Assembly: GCA_965644295.1 (NCBI GenBank)
Contig: CBFFRP010000412.1
Coordinates: 144,637-208,636, forward strand
DNA from: Paraphysomonas bandaiensis
Lineage: Eukaryota; Protista; Chrysophyceae
Reading direction: 5' to 3'
Length of the DNA: 64,000 nt
Shown here: positions 1-15,600 of the stretch, piece by piece
How the letters are laid out: each line of letters begins with the position of its first letter
Numbering within the stretch: the first letter of the stretch is position 1
The notes under the pieces: generated by a model
What the model saw: only the letters and a program-made list of their open reading frames with translations
Database searches by the model: none
Told to the model about the DNA's origin: nothing
Position numbers and translations under genes: made by a program

Positions 1-1581
1 AGTGTTGTATGGCCCTGCTATAAATTGTTTTACTAAATATATTTGAGTTTCACAAGGAATACCACCTCCATTCTGTTGCAGGCTTCCCATAAAGGACGCC
101 ACATCCATTACAGGCCTCTCCCGGTCAAAAGACGCGCCTACATCGAAATGTCTATCCTCATTACTGGGAGACGGCGGGGCATCAGTAGTAACGGGTTTTG
201 TCAGTCGGTCTACCACGTCCATGCTCACATAGAGTTTAGCAGAGCTCATATTTCTCCTAACGCCCTTAACCTATAAGTTGGATACTATAAACTGGCAAAA
301 CAGAAGAGTGATCAAAGGTACCTTAGGTGTGAATGTGCAGTCCTTTGGAGGTGGTACGACCCTTTCAGCGACCTCTTTTGCCGTAGGCGCCTTGACTTTG
401 TCATACTTCGTCTCTACGTATGAGTATCCACTGCGTCGAGTTGCCACTCGGGGCTTGAACGTACATTCCTGCTCTTGCGCTTTAGCTTCTCGCATTTGCT
501 CCTCCTCAATGAACCGAGCTCGATGCGAAGAGGTCAGTGCGCTACTTTCATACAATCGTAGCGTCGTATCCTTTCCTGTTTCCCCGCGAGCCATCTTTAC
601 CGACCTTGAAGAATTTTTGTTGACTTTCGGGCGGAATGTACAACCCTCTACTTCCCCTTGGCTGCTAATGCTCCGACGCCGAGTGGCCTCGATTTCTTTC
701 TCTCGCTGCCACCGCATAACGCGCTCGTAGAACTGTGTATCTTTGTCCTTAGCCGGGCCGTAAGATGCTGGTAGCGGTTTAACTTTCGGAGCGAAGGTGC
801 ACTCTTTGAACATTTCGGCCCTCGTGGCGGCCTCCTGTTGGGCAATTTTATGGGCCCTCAAATCAGAAACGCGGGAATCGTCCTGCGCTCGACGGGAAAA
901 GGAGGCGGAAGAAAGGTATTGTGTTGGACGCTGTGCCCTACCAGCAGATTGTGGACGAGAGCTACGACTACGAAAACCACTGGATATACTGCTGGCACCA
1001 TCAGCAGTGAATTCATAGGTGTGGCGATACTCTTCCCCACCGGCAGACTGAGGAAAATGTTCGGGGCTGCCGCTGCCGAAAGAGGAATGAGACATACGGC
1101 GGTCGAAATCCTCCTGGCGTTCGGATGCCCGGGTTTGTTCAGGGTAGTCATATTCCGGAAACTCTGATGGCTGTTGCTTGTACTCGGGACCCTGGAGCTC
1201 TTGTGGATCGAAATCAGACGAACGCATCACTCTGTCTTGACGTTTCTTTTCAATCAATTTATTAATCAGTAAGCGACGATCTTCCTTCGAAAATCTAGGT
1301 GTTGTAGAACTGTTGCTAACATGACTATGCGGGGAAAACTCAACAGATTCAGTGGGCATCGGGGGTGGCAGTGGGTCTTCATCAACCTCTTTTATATTAG
1401 GCGAACTGTCCTCTTTGTCTTTATCTTTAACAGGATGTTTTAACATATGGCGAAGTTCGTTAAAAGCATCTGATTTATTTATTTTCCCAGACTTCACTAG
1501 ATTCACTATATCTCGAATATTACTCTGTGTGGCAGCTGTCCCACCCATTTCTTCTCTCGTATCACTCATCTCTGTCGGCAT
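1..1581 (-). CDS. Hypothetical protein with repeated (E/D/G)CTF(K/R/T/A)PKV motifs; 3' end runs off the window
   Basis: 436-aa ORF from ATG 1581 with ECTFAPKV, GCTFRPKV, ECTFKPRV and DCTFTPKV. GT-AG intron 321..271 (51 nt) rejoins in frame to VKGVRRNMSSAKLYVSMDVVDRLTKP...; no terminal exon seen. Confidence 0.75.
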
Positions 1582-2091
1582 GAGAGTATATATGAAATCA
1601 ACGGATATATCAATATAACAGTAATATCAATTAGATAAATATGAAAAGAAATTATAAAGGCATAAATTGCCCTTTGAACATGGTGTAATCTATGTACCTG
1701 TAAGTCAATATAGTAAATGAGTTGTTGTATATATAGGGCCTTATGTGTAATATATCTGCTCATAGCACTCACATCGTCATATTTTTCAACTGTCAAAAAC
1801 ACTCAGATTTTATGCATGTGTGTGCATCAACCACCATTTCATACACAAGATATCACCAGCAGCACAATCATACTACAGTTGTCCTCTGTACTGTACTATG
1901 TCTGTAGTTTCGGTATACAGATTGTCAATCACATGCATGACTGTTGAATTGTACACTGCGCTGTCCACATCTAGGCATCCCATCCTACATCATCACATGA
2001 GAGTCTTATTGGATATACCTCACTAACCCCAATCGTATTACATTACATACAGCTAGATTATACTAACACTATTATATTCCCTTTCGATACA

Positions 2092-4112
2092 ATGGTAACC
2101 CCCTATTACAAACCATACATTTACCTGCCTAATACCTTGAACAGCTGTCGATAACGTCTACCTCAGGGCTTCTTATTATATGCTCTGGTACTGGCTTATT
2201 ATTGGCATTTTTACTATTTACTTATATTGAGGCCACTAGGTAAGTAAAATTTGTACATTACTTATCATACGCTTATGAGGGGGGTCGATAAGGGTAATGG
2301 TTTATGATGAAACAAGTGAAAGGGCAGCTCCTACGTCGTCTAAGTCCATACGACTGTAGAGGCACAGACAAATAAACTAAAAAAAGTGTATGAAGCAATA
2401 TCTGCTGGTGCAGAGGCTTTTTTAAGAGCTGAATATAGAATCTGCTGTAAGTGTGTTGCGGTTTCTGCTGTTATAATATGCATATTAATTTCAAGGGGTC
2501 AGAATATCGGGAAAGGTATCCTTACCACCTTGTCCTTTATCCTAGGTGCAGTGACGTCTATTGCGTCCGGATATGTTGGTATGAAAGTAGCTGTATTTTC
2601 CAATGTACGCACGACCATCAATGCTCAGAGAGTGGGATATTTACACTGCTTAAACACCGCCTTCCGCGCTGGTGCCGTCATGTGATTTGAACTCACTGGG
2701 CTTGGTATCCTTGTGCTCTACGTTACCCTCATGATCTTCTTTGTCGGGTTTGCACAGCAAAACTGGGACGTGATGATGGGCTGCATCTCTGGGTATGGTC
2801 TGGGCGGGTCATCAATTGCCCTGTTTGGACGAGTTGGTGGTGGCATATACACCAAGGCAGATGATGTTGGAGCCGATCTCGTCGGTAAAGTTGTGCACGG
2901 CATTCCTGAGGATGATCCTCTCGCCACTATTGCTGATAATGGTGAGTATTTAACCAGTTGTATTCTTATCAAATGTGCCGCGGTTGTGTGGTGATATTAA
3001 TAATGTGGGTAACAATGTGGGGGATGTTGCCGGCATGGGAGCAGGATCTCATTGGACCTTTTGCGGAATCTATCCGCGCTGCTCTCATAATTGCTGCTCA
3101 AATGGATGACCTTCGTATATGCATTTGTGTCGCGTATGCTTCCTGCAAGCTTTGTTATTAACGGTGTCTCCTCAGTGCGGACCACTTATATTGGTAGAGG
3201 GTGTTGGAGGTCTTATCATAGGACTAATAACTTCTAAGGAGTATAAGCCTGTTAAAGAACTCGCTAACTCTTGCAAAACTGGTGCTGCTACAAATATCAT
3301 ATGTGGCCTCTCACTTGGATACATATCTGTCATTGTCCCGGTTTTCGTGCTTTCCCTAATTTTGTAAATCGCCTTTGACTTGTGTGACCTCTATGGCATT
3401 TCTCTAGCTGCTGTCGGAATGCTCGGTAACGTCGCCACTGGACCCACAATCGATGCGTATGGACCTGTTTGTGACAACGCAGAGGGGATCGCTGAGGTGG
3501 CTGAGCTTTCTGGAGAGGTGAGGGAGAAGACAGATGCACTTGATGCTGCTGGCAATTCCACCGCTGCTATTGGAAAAGGCTTTGCAATCGGATCTGTGGC
3601 CCTAGTTTCTCTCACATTGTATGGTGCATTCGTAGTGCGCTTTCGCCAGGCTCTAGTACTTCGGCGAAGATACCAGTATTTCCGTGGAAATACTACATCC
3701 ACTCACTTTAGTCTTCCTACTCATTGGCTCTAGTAATTGTGCGAAGATACTAGTATTTCCGTGGAAATACTACATCCACTCACTTTAGTCTTCCTACTCA
3801 TTGGGCCTATGCTCTGCCATGACAATGAAGTCGTTGGTGAAGCGGCCATGGAAATGGTCCGTGAGGTCGACAGACAGTTTAAGGACAGCTCAGAAACATA
3901 TCGAGGGCAAAATAGACTTTGCTCTGGGCGGGAAGGGGTCAGACTGTCACAAAGCTGCTGTGGTTGGAGACACTGTTGGCGACCCTCTGAAGGATACGTC
4001 CGGACCCTTTCTCAATATCTTAATGAAGCTCATGGCCATCATTAGTTTTGTATTCGATGATTACTTCTTCGCCATGAATGGTGGTCGCGGTTTGTTGGGA
4101 CTGCCGCAATGA
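2092..4112 (+). pseudogene. Membrane-integral H+-translocating pyrophosphatase (AVP1/K+-dependent type), disabled
   Basis: Motifs [57 protein letters not shown] and [14 protein letters not shown]. In-frame stops at 2683-2685 (GAVM*F, normally GAVMGF) and 3365-3367, plus frameshifts, internal deletions and a 77-bp duplication. Confidence 0.9.
3650..3803 (+). repeat. Tandem duplication, 2 x 77 bp, inside the H+-PPase pseudogene
   Basis: GCTCTAGTA...GTATTTCCGTGGAAATACTACATCCACTCACTTTAGTCTTCCTACTCATTG at 3650 and 3727, with a few mismatches. Confidence 0.9.
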
Positions 4113-4644
4113 TATTGTGCATTCAAAATACTTAATGACAGGGCGTTTTTCGAGCTTCTTGTGTAGTCTGGGCTACATTATACCTTTTTTTTCAATTGGA
4201 GATGTTAGTGTGGTTTACTGCTAAAGTTCAATAAATTGTAGCTTTATAGTATTTTTCATCTTTAATTTTCATGGACCGAGGTTTCATTTGATCCAGACAT
4301 AGTTTACAGTCAGATGATATTATTTCAAGTGCAACAAATGAAATCACCTGCTATGATAGTTATCATCGCTAAACCAGGAAAAATAGTATAAGAATTATAT
4401 TACTGCGTTATGTAAACTACTAATTATGGTGAATGCATATAAACAAGTAAATAAGTCTATTTGTAAATATCAGTTTCTGAGCTGCGGCGAGTGGAATTCT
4501 TGTGGAGATATTAAGTACTAATTGAACTATAATAGATAAGAGTGAAATTGAAGTATATATTGCTTTAATGTTTTTTACTCACATCTTAGCTGCACTGCCA
4601 ACTAAATGCAACTGATGTAACATAACTACATTTTTACTATCTTA

Positions 4645-5490
4645 TTACTTTTTCACTAACTGCATATCTAGAAAAAGGCTCACAAAAAAATTATAATAGT
4701 CTAAATTAAGTGTAGCGTGCATCCATCTATCAGGAAAATATAGCATTTCACCGGGATGCAATACACATTCATATAATACACGCTCCGTATCGTTTATCGC
4801 GTATGGGTACACTGATGATACCCATTCTGCTTGGGATATATCGGGATTAAAAATATTCGTAAGGTCTGTGTCCGCTGGGTAGAGAAAGAAACGCTTGCGG
4901 CCAGTAATCACTTCTGAGAATCCAGGCCCATGAAAATGGAAACTAACACCACTCTGGGCCCCTCCAATACCAATTGTAGTTGCACCAGCAATTTCACAAT
5001 CACGGCACGGTGGCAACGTGTATAATTTTTCTATACTACTCCATATTCCTCCGAAATTATTTCCAAACAAATAATACGTTTCATTCGCTTTAGATGAATC
5101 TGGAGGAGAGTTCATTATAGAGATATACTCAGATAGCCGCATAGATATCTTATCATGTGAGTAGGTATTTGAACTAGAGAGTGTTACGATAGTGTCGCCA
5201 AATGGTGAGTTTGACATCTTTTCTATAGACGTCTCTTGTGCCAATACACTGTTTCGAGTTACTGCTCCTTCATAGATCACAGGCACATGAGGGAGATCAT
5301 GGATAACATGCTCTTTTCCTTGGTGGAATATATTTCTTCTCTCTATATTACATGGGTAGTTGATGTTGTCTTGAGTAATAATATCATGGACATAAGGGTC
5401 CACAGAGTTACTGTGGTATACTTGTGTAGAGTAAGTGGAACTAATGCATGTTATTAGAGGATAAAAGATATAAAAACTGAATGATTTCAT
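4645..5490 (-). CDS. JMJD8: JmjC-domain protein, JMJD8-like, with probable N-terminal signal peptide; intronless
   Basis: GIGGAQSGVSFHFHGPGFSEVITGRKRFFLYP and LHPGEMLYFPDRWMHATLN (HxH...H metal site as in JMJD8). Hydrophobic N-terminus from MKSFSF (ATG 5490). Confidence 0.8.
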   Translation of the reverse strand: MKSFSFYIFYPLITCISSTYSTQVYHSNSVDPYVHDIITQDNINYPCNIERRNIFHQGKEHVIHDLPHVPVIYEGAVTRNSVLAQETSIEKMSNSPFGDTIVTLSSSNTYSHDKISMRLSEYISIMNSPPDSSKANETYYLFGNNFGGIWSSIEKLYTLPPCRDCEIAGATTIGIGGAQSGVSFHFHGPGFSEVITGRKRFFLYPADTDLTNIFNPDISQAEWVSSVYPYAINDTERVLYECVLHPGEMLYFPDRWMHATLNLDYYNFFVSLFLDMQLVKK

Positions 5491-5597
5491 GTTGATATGA
5501 AGGAACGTATATGTCGAGAGATGCAGATACTTCTGGTCAATGTTCATACCTTAATACAATAATATCATGGCGGTATGTGGTACTGCTGTATGCTGTG

Positions 5598-5722
5598 GGT
5601 GGGAAAAAGTGGAACAGGCAAAAAAATCGCCCTTTTCGTAGTGAATATTGAATATTGATCATCAAAAAACTCTATACAGCTAGAAAACTATGATTTTTTT
5701 GCCTGGTCGACTTTTCCCCACC
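5598..5722. repeat. Imperfect inverted repeat (~31-bp arms), possible miniature TIR element
   Basis: GGTGGGAAAAAGTGGAACAGGCAAAAAAATC (5598-5628) vs reverse complement of 5692-5722, GGTGGGGAAAAGTCGACCAGGCAAAAAAATC; 3 mismatches. Confidence 0.7.
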
Positions 5723-6620
5723 ATGGATGTGATCTATCACAAGTATACACAGACAGGATTAATTTTAGAAGGACTTGATAGCCAGTTACTACGTTGGTGT
5801 GTGCGGCCATTGATCATCTCAACGGCATAACTTTAGCAACGCCAGTGGTAGTTCTCCGAGTTCTGTCGTTTTTTATGTGATGTCGCTTCGTCGATCTATT
5901 GCACTACACACCATACTCTCCAGTAGGATTTTCAATGCTACGATTTTTTTATTCGGCTAGATTCTTCGTATTCTGTTTCACTGCGAAATCGTTCAAGCAC
6001 ACTATTTATAAGCTCACCTGCTAACAGTGCTTTCTCCTGATCATCATATGGGAGCATATCCCACTCCCGAAAGTACTGCCCTATCTTGAGGGCTTCAGTA
6101 ACAGATTGAACTGCTTCGAATATGGAAGTTATGCTCGTGTCCTTTTGCCCTAGCTATTTTTCGAGCTCCTCCTTAAACTTGTTGATGGAAGTGATGTCAA
6201 TCGTTCATTGTTGGCGGTTTCACAAGCCGTTCCTAGAGTCCTAAATGGTTTCGATTCTGTACATGAGCAATACATTGAGTTTCTTCGTCCAGTTGATCAC
6301 TCCAAAATGATCAAACTTTGAAAGTTCCCATTCGACATATTTGGTTGGTGAAATAACTTAAGAACTGAACTTGAACTCACACAGTAATCAATTATTAAAA
6401 TTATAATCAACATGACTCATCATTCATTGATATTCGGTACAATTATATTCTCTCAATTACCAATCAATATTTTCACTATCGTAGATAACACAATCAATGT
6501 ATTCCAGTTTCTCGAACTTCATTCATATATTCATATTATATCATTGATTCATGTGGTACTACAGTTTTCAAGTACTACGGTATTATTAAACTAACGATAA
6601 TTACATGTAAGCAAAGCTCA

Positions 6621-6680
6621 AATCATCTGTTGGAATCCTGGAATGAGCGTTAGAGTAATCACTACACTTATAAACACAAC
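6621..6680 (-). repeat. Copy of the kinase gene's last intron plus the start of its last exon (8016-8076)
   Basis: AATCATCTGTTGG(A/G)ATCCTGGAATGAGCGTTAGAGTA(A/G)TCACTACACTTATAAACACA occurs at both loci. Confidence 0.85.
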
Positions 6681-7218
6681 CTTGAGGCAGTGGTCATCAG
6701 TCTGCTTCTTCCGCTCTTCGCTGCAGCAAAGCTCATGATCCAAAATCGAAGTAGACGCTATATCACCCTCCACAAAGGACCCCCTAGGCTACTCCCGCGA
6801 CCACGTCAAAAACGTAGACAACAATGGAAACGCCCAAGGGTGCTACGATTACTAGGAGTCCGCAGACGACCCGAGACTGGACCACCGCCCACCGTACACA
6901 TGAACCCCACCACTCACACCCACAGGAACATATCGCCGTCCCACATGAAACCTTTAGGCCCTCGACAACGACGCTGTCTCCGCCAACTCTACCTATGCCT
7001 CAGACCCAAACGGTGCTCTGAGACAACGCCACATTCCACCTCTCCACCCGCCTCTCAGTACACACATCTAACACTCAGTACACTCAAAACCTTACTACAG
7101 AACCCTGTACCTCCACACAGCCCGGTGGAATCTCATCCCAAGGAGGGGAGACCCCCTGATCACATCCGCCAGTGAGTCCTAGGACACACGATCACGGCGA
7201 ACCTCACAATCCACATTA

Positions 7219-7412
7219 AGAACGAAAGTGGTCGAACCTTGGTGCTTGTGGCGACGCACAAGCAGCTTCTGTAGCGCTAAATAGTAGGATAATAGAGTCT
7301 GTGCTGATTAGTTATGGGTAGAGGTCTAAATAGTCTGCTTAGCACTCAACTAGCCACTACATTGGTGCAGAGTTTTAACGCCTATTGATAAATAATAAGA
7401 CTTTTAATATAG
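7219..7412 (+). repeat. Copy of dispersed repeat family A (MITE/TIR-like)
   Basis: TTGGTGCTTGTGGCGACGCACAAGCAGCTTCTGTAGCGCTAAATAGTAGG and TTAACGCCTATTGATAAATAATAAGACTTTTAATATA; related copies at 21061-21206 (-), 52091-52138 and 53293-53411. Confidence 0.75.
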
Positions 7413-7977
7413 GTGTAATAGAAACCTTGGTTATATATTTCATTAAACAAAAGTGAAGTTTGTAGTGACATGCGTTTTTAGTTCCTCTATCCTTAGAGAT
7501 TGATTAAAATCAGCAGGAGAAATTTGGCGAAAACGTGGGTCTGTAGTATACAGAATATTAGCGACAGCAGATATCGCTACGAATAGACAGACTGTTAATG
7601 CTGAAGGCGACTTATATTTCCTAGCAACAAGGACTTCATGTGAATGTGAAGCTGTGTTTTCTATAAGATCATTGCTCATTCTAATCAACATAGGAATTGT
7701 TTTTTAAACGTGATATGCCGGTCAATACTAACAGCTGGTTTAAGACAATAGCACCTAACACAACTTCATTTTTGCTGGTTTAATGCAAATATCCGTAAAT
7801 TCAGCAAAAAATGTAATAATAACATAACTACGCAACGTAGTCAGTCATAAACTACGCAAACAAAAGTGCAGAAAATGCTGGACCAAGTAGAGTATTCGAA
7901 AATAGCTAATCATAGCTCCAATTGACAATGAGAAGTGTGCTTAAATAAGAGTAGATAATCATTATTGTGCGCCGCAT

Positions 7978-12040
<4,063 letters not shown>

Positions 12041-12605
12041 GGTGCCGATATACCTACTTAAAAGGTCGGCTATATGAGGGTATACTTATTCGGTAGTGAG
12101 GCGGTCGATAGATTTCTGAAACGAAATGTCAGTCCTGCGATTTAACTTCACTTGTGGGCTGAAGATTGGATACGAGCACACATTCCGCAAATAAATACCT
12201 ATTTTCTAGATAAAACCTAGGTTTCAAGAATATGATAATGAAAATGTGTGATTTTGGTACACTTCAAGAAATAAAACACACACCAAAACTTGCCGTCAAA
12301 TTCTCTTCCCTTCCAACAACAAAAAAATTCCCATATTATTGTCGCTTACAAAATACTGCTGTATAATATTGCACAACCCTACGACTTATCTTATAGTACG
12401 TATCGTAGGACTTCTAGACTCGGTACGGTACGGTACAGTATGGAATACAGCAGTATGGTACTGTAGTATGTCAGCGATATATATCTATACAAAAATACAC
12501 AAACAATACATCCACCCACCGAAACACACGCACATACTGCTGTACATATCACTCCACATTATTTCATCCATATCTTATAGAACCATCCAATATATAAAAA
12601 CGGGA

Positions 12606-15600
12606 ATGGAAGAAACGCATCGTATCCCTAAAGTGTGGATACCAGATGACACTGAAGTCTGGAAACTTGCCACATTAGTTCGAACAGACGAGGAGAAGGA
12701 GGAAGTGTGTGTAAATGATGACGGACAAGAAAAGATATATTCGAGTAATAAAACACATCCTCTTGACCCCACACACCTTGAGGATTTAGATGATTTATGC
12801 AGTATGAATAATCTGCATGAGGCACCATTATTGAGTATATTGCATCGTCGATTTCAGAGAGATATTATTTATACAACCACAGGGAATGTGTTGATATCAA
12901 TCAATCCCTATAAAACTATTCCTGGTCTGTATGATAAACCGCTATCATATCTTTCCCGTATCGAGGAGTTTGATGTTAAATCTCTTGATGATAAGTCTGC
13001 TCCACATTTATTTAAAGTTGCTAATAGTGCTTTCAACTGTGTCACGAAAGGCGATGCCAATCAATCAGTTATTGTGAGTGGTGAAAGTGGAGCAGGTACA
13101 TGATATATAATTCGCTATATTTGTTATTTACATTATTAATAGGCAAAACAGAGGCGTCCAAATATGTCATGCAGTTTCTTATCGCAGCTAATGAGGGCAT
13201 GGCGTCTTCTAATATTGGTGATGATATCAGAGATGTATTATTGGATAGTAATGCAGTTTTTGAGTCATTCGGAAATTCGAAAACCGTCCGCAACGACAAC
13301 TCCTCTAGATTCGGAAAGTATATTAAACTTCAGTACAATTCAGAGAACTGTTTGGTCTCTGCCTTCACAGAGACCTTCTTGCTCGAGAAGTCACGTCTAT
13401 CCTACCTTGGCCGAGGGGAGAGAAATTACCATGTCTTCTATCAGATGATTCGTGGCCTGGGGTCAGGCTCCGATGCCTCCGAGAAGGAAAGTCTATGTTT
13501 ATCTAGTGTAGATAATTTTGCCATTCTGACAGCAGGCGATTGTACGGTACTGTCCTCCGAACAAGAGGACATTGTAGAATTCAACACGCTGCACAGAGCC
13601 CTCGCGACCATGGGAACAACGGCGGAAGAGATGCGGTGCCTTTGGGCGATTCTAGCATGCATACTTCATCTGGGAAATTTGGAGTGCGTTGAAGGAGATG
13701 GAAGTGGAACGGAAGAACCCGAAACACCCCAAGGAGTGTCCTTGCGCTCGCCTTGTATGCCTTTGGGGCGTCTGGCTGAACTTCTTGGATTCACTGAGGA
13801 ATTGTTTAAAGATACACTAACACATCACATTGTTAGAATTGCTTCAAAGCGTAGGACGTCCACAATTCGTAAACCTCTGAAGGCGGAAGATGTGAGACAC
13901 AATATTCTTGGACTTAACAAATGGCTCTACAGTGCGGTATTCTCTTGGCTGGTAAGAAAGATTAACCATGCGCACCTCAGTGTCGCTAAGCGGCAGGAAT
14001 CTGGTACCGTAACAGCTGATAATCGTCCTCCCGGCAGGAGGCATTCGAAAGCCGCGATGTCCGAAATGGAAGAGCTTAAAAACATTACTGCAGTAAAGTT
14101 CATTGGTATCCTCGATATATTCGGGTTCGAAATATTAGGCCGCAACTCTTTTGAGCAGCTGTGTATTAACTTTGCGAACGAACGCCTACAACAGCAGTTT
14201 AACGAACACGTGTTCGTTAACGAACAGCTTGAGTATGAGCGCGAAGGTTTAAACTGGTCGACTATCACATACCAGGATAACCAACATGTTATCGATCTAA
14301 TTGCCAAGAAACCATCGGGTTTGTTACCAATATTGGAAGAGTATGGAATGTTAAATCGAACGCCGGATGACCGCGCCCTCCTCTCCAGTTTCAATCAAGC
14401 TCATGACACGAAGGGGGGAAAGAAACTAACCGGGAATACCACAGAGGTATCACCCTCATCGGCTTATGCGAGACCGAGATTCGGAGATCAAGCATTCATT
14501 GTAAAACACTTTGCAGGCAATGTGGAATATGAAATAGACGGTTTCCTGATGAAGAACAACGATTCGCTACAAGATGATATAATGGAGCTACTCCTAACCT
14601 CAAACAATAAATTTCTGTTGAACATGGCATATTTGTTTCCTGTGGAGGGGGAACCGGGCTATCTTCCTGAGTGTGATGGTGGGGTTCCCGCTATTAAAGC
14701 CCCCCCACTTGGCTCAGATGGACGAAGGGCGACTGTCGTCAGTGGATCTAGTCGCCGAGGAAGCTCGCCGCCCCCATCCTCTACGAATAAGAAGATGGCT
14801 GCCTCTAGCACTGTGTCGCTGATATTCCGTTCACAACTGGACGAGTTAATGCAAACTCTCCGTAGTACAAATCCACATTATATAAAGTGCATTAAGCCAA
14901 ATCCAAATAAGGCTGCGATGCAATTCGATGCAAAGTTAGTGATGCAACAGCTCCGATACAGCGGTGCCCTGGAGGTTGTTAGGATAAGGCGAGAAGGGTT
15001 TCCTCAGAGATGCTCTTTTAAAGATTTCTATGACCCCTATCATCTTCTTTCGCATAACAGGGGTTATCGAGCTCGCGCCTTGAGAAGAAGCACACGAGAA
15101 ACATTGGCTCGGCAGAGTTCATTGAATAATTCTTCCACTAATCCCCCTCCTGTCCCCGTTGATTCCGAGTCCACTGCATCGGGTGGCGACAATTCGTCGG
15201 AGCTAGTTACTGATGAGGCCTCTGCTATGCTCATTGCGTTTGCTGTAGATATGGAGTGGAAAGGTCGCGCAGAAGACATGGCAGACACATTCCTTCCAGC
15301 AGATCAATTTCAAGTCGGAAATGCAAAACTTTTCCTCCGTGAGGGTGCCCTTAAGTTGATGAATTTAGCCATGAAGAAGTTTCTAGATGATAGTGCGGCG
15401 AAAATTCAATCCCTTGCACGAATGAAGAGTGCGTATCGATCTTTCGAACGACGTCGGAATGATATCATAGTTGCCCAAACGGTGGCCAGGATGTTCATAG
15501 CGAGACGAAAGTACCACGTGAAATTACGCGCAGTACGAGCTATTCAGTGGTTTGCCATTGGGAAACGACTTCGAAGGGAGTATTTGCAGAGACTAAAAGC

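Noticed and set aside
5760-6350. Coding-like minus-strand remnant (...FEAVQSVTEALKIGQYFREW...), possibly an old gag
   Set aside because: Multiple stops and no diagnostic motif; needs TBLASTX.
6690-7175. 161-aa Pro/Arg/His-rich ORF
   Set aside because: No recognisable motif and a GTG start; may be TE debris but cannot be supported.
12339-12605. N-terminal extension of the myosin ORF
   Set aside because: Starts at a non-ATG codon and is low-complexity promoter/UTR sequence; myosin-like sequence begins at ATG 12606.
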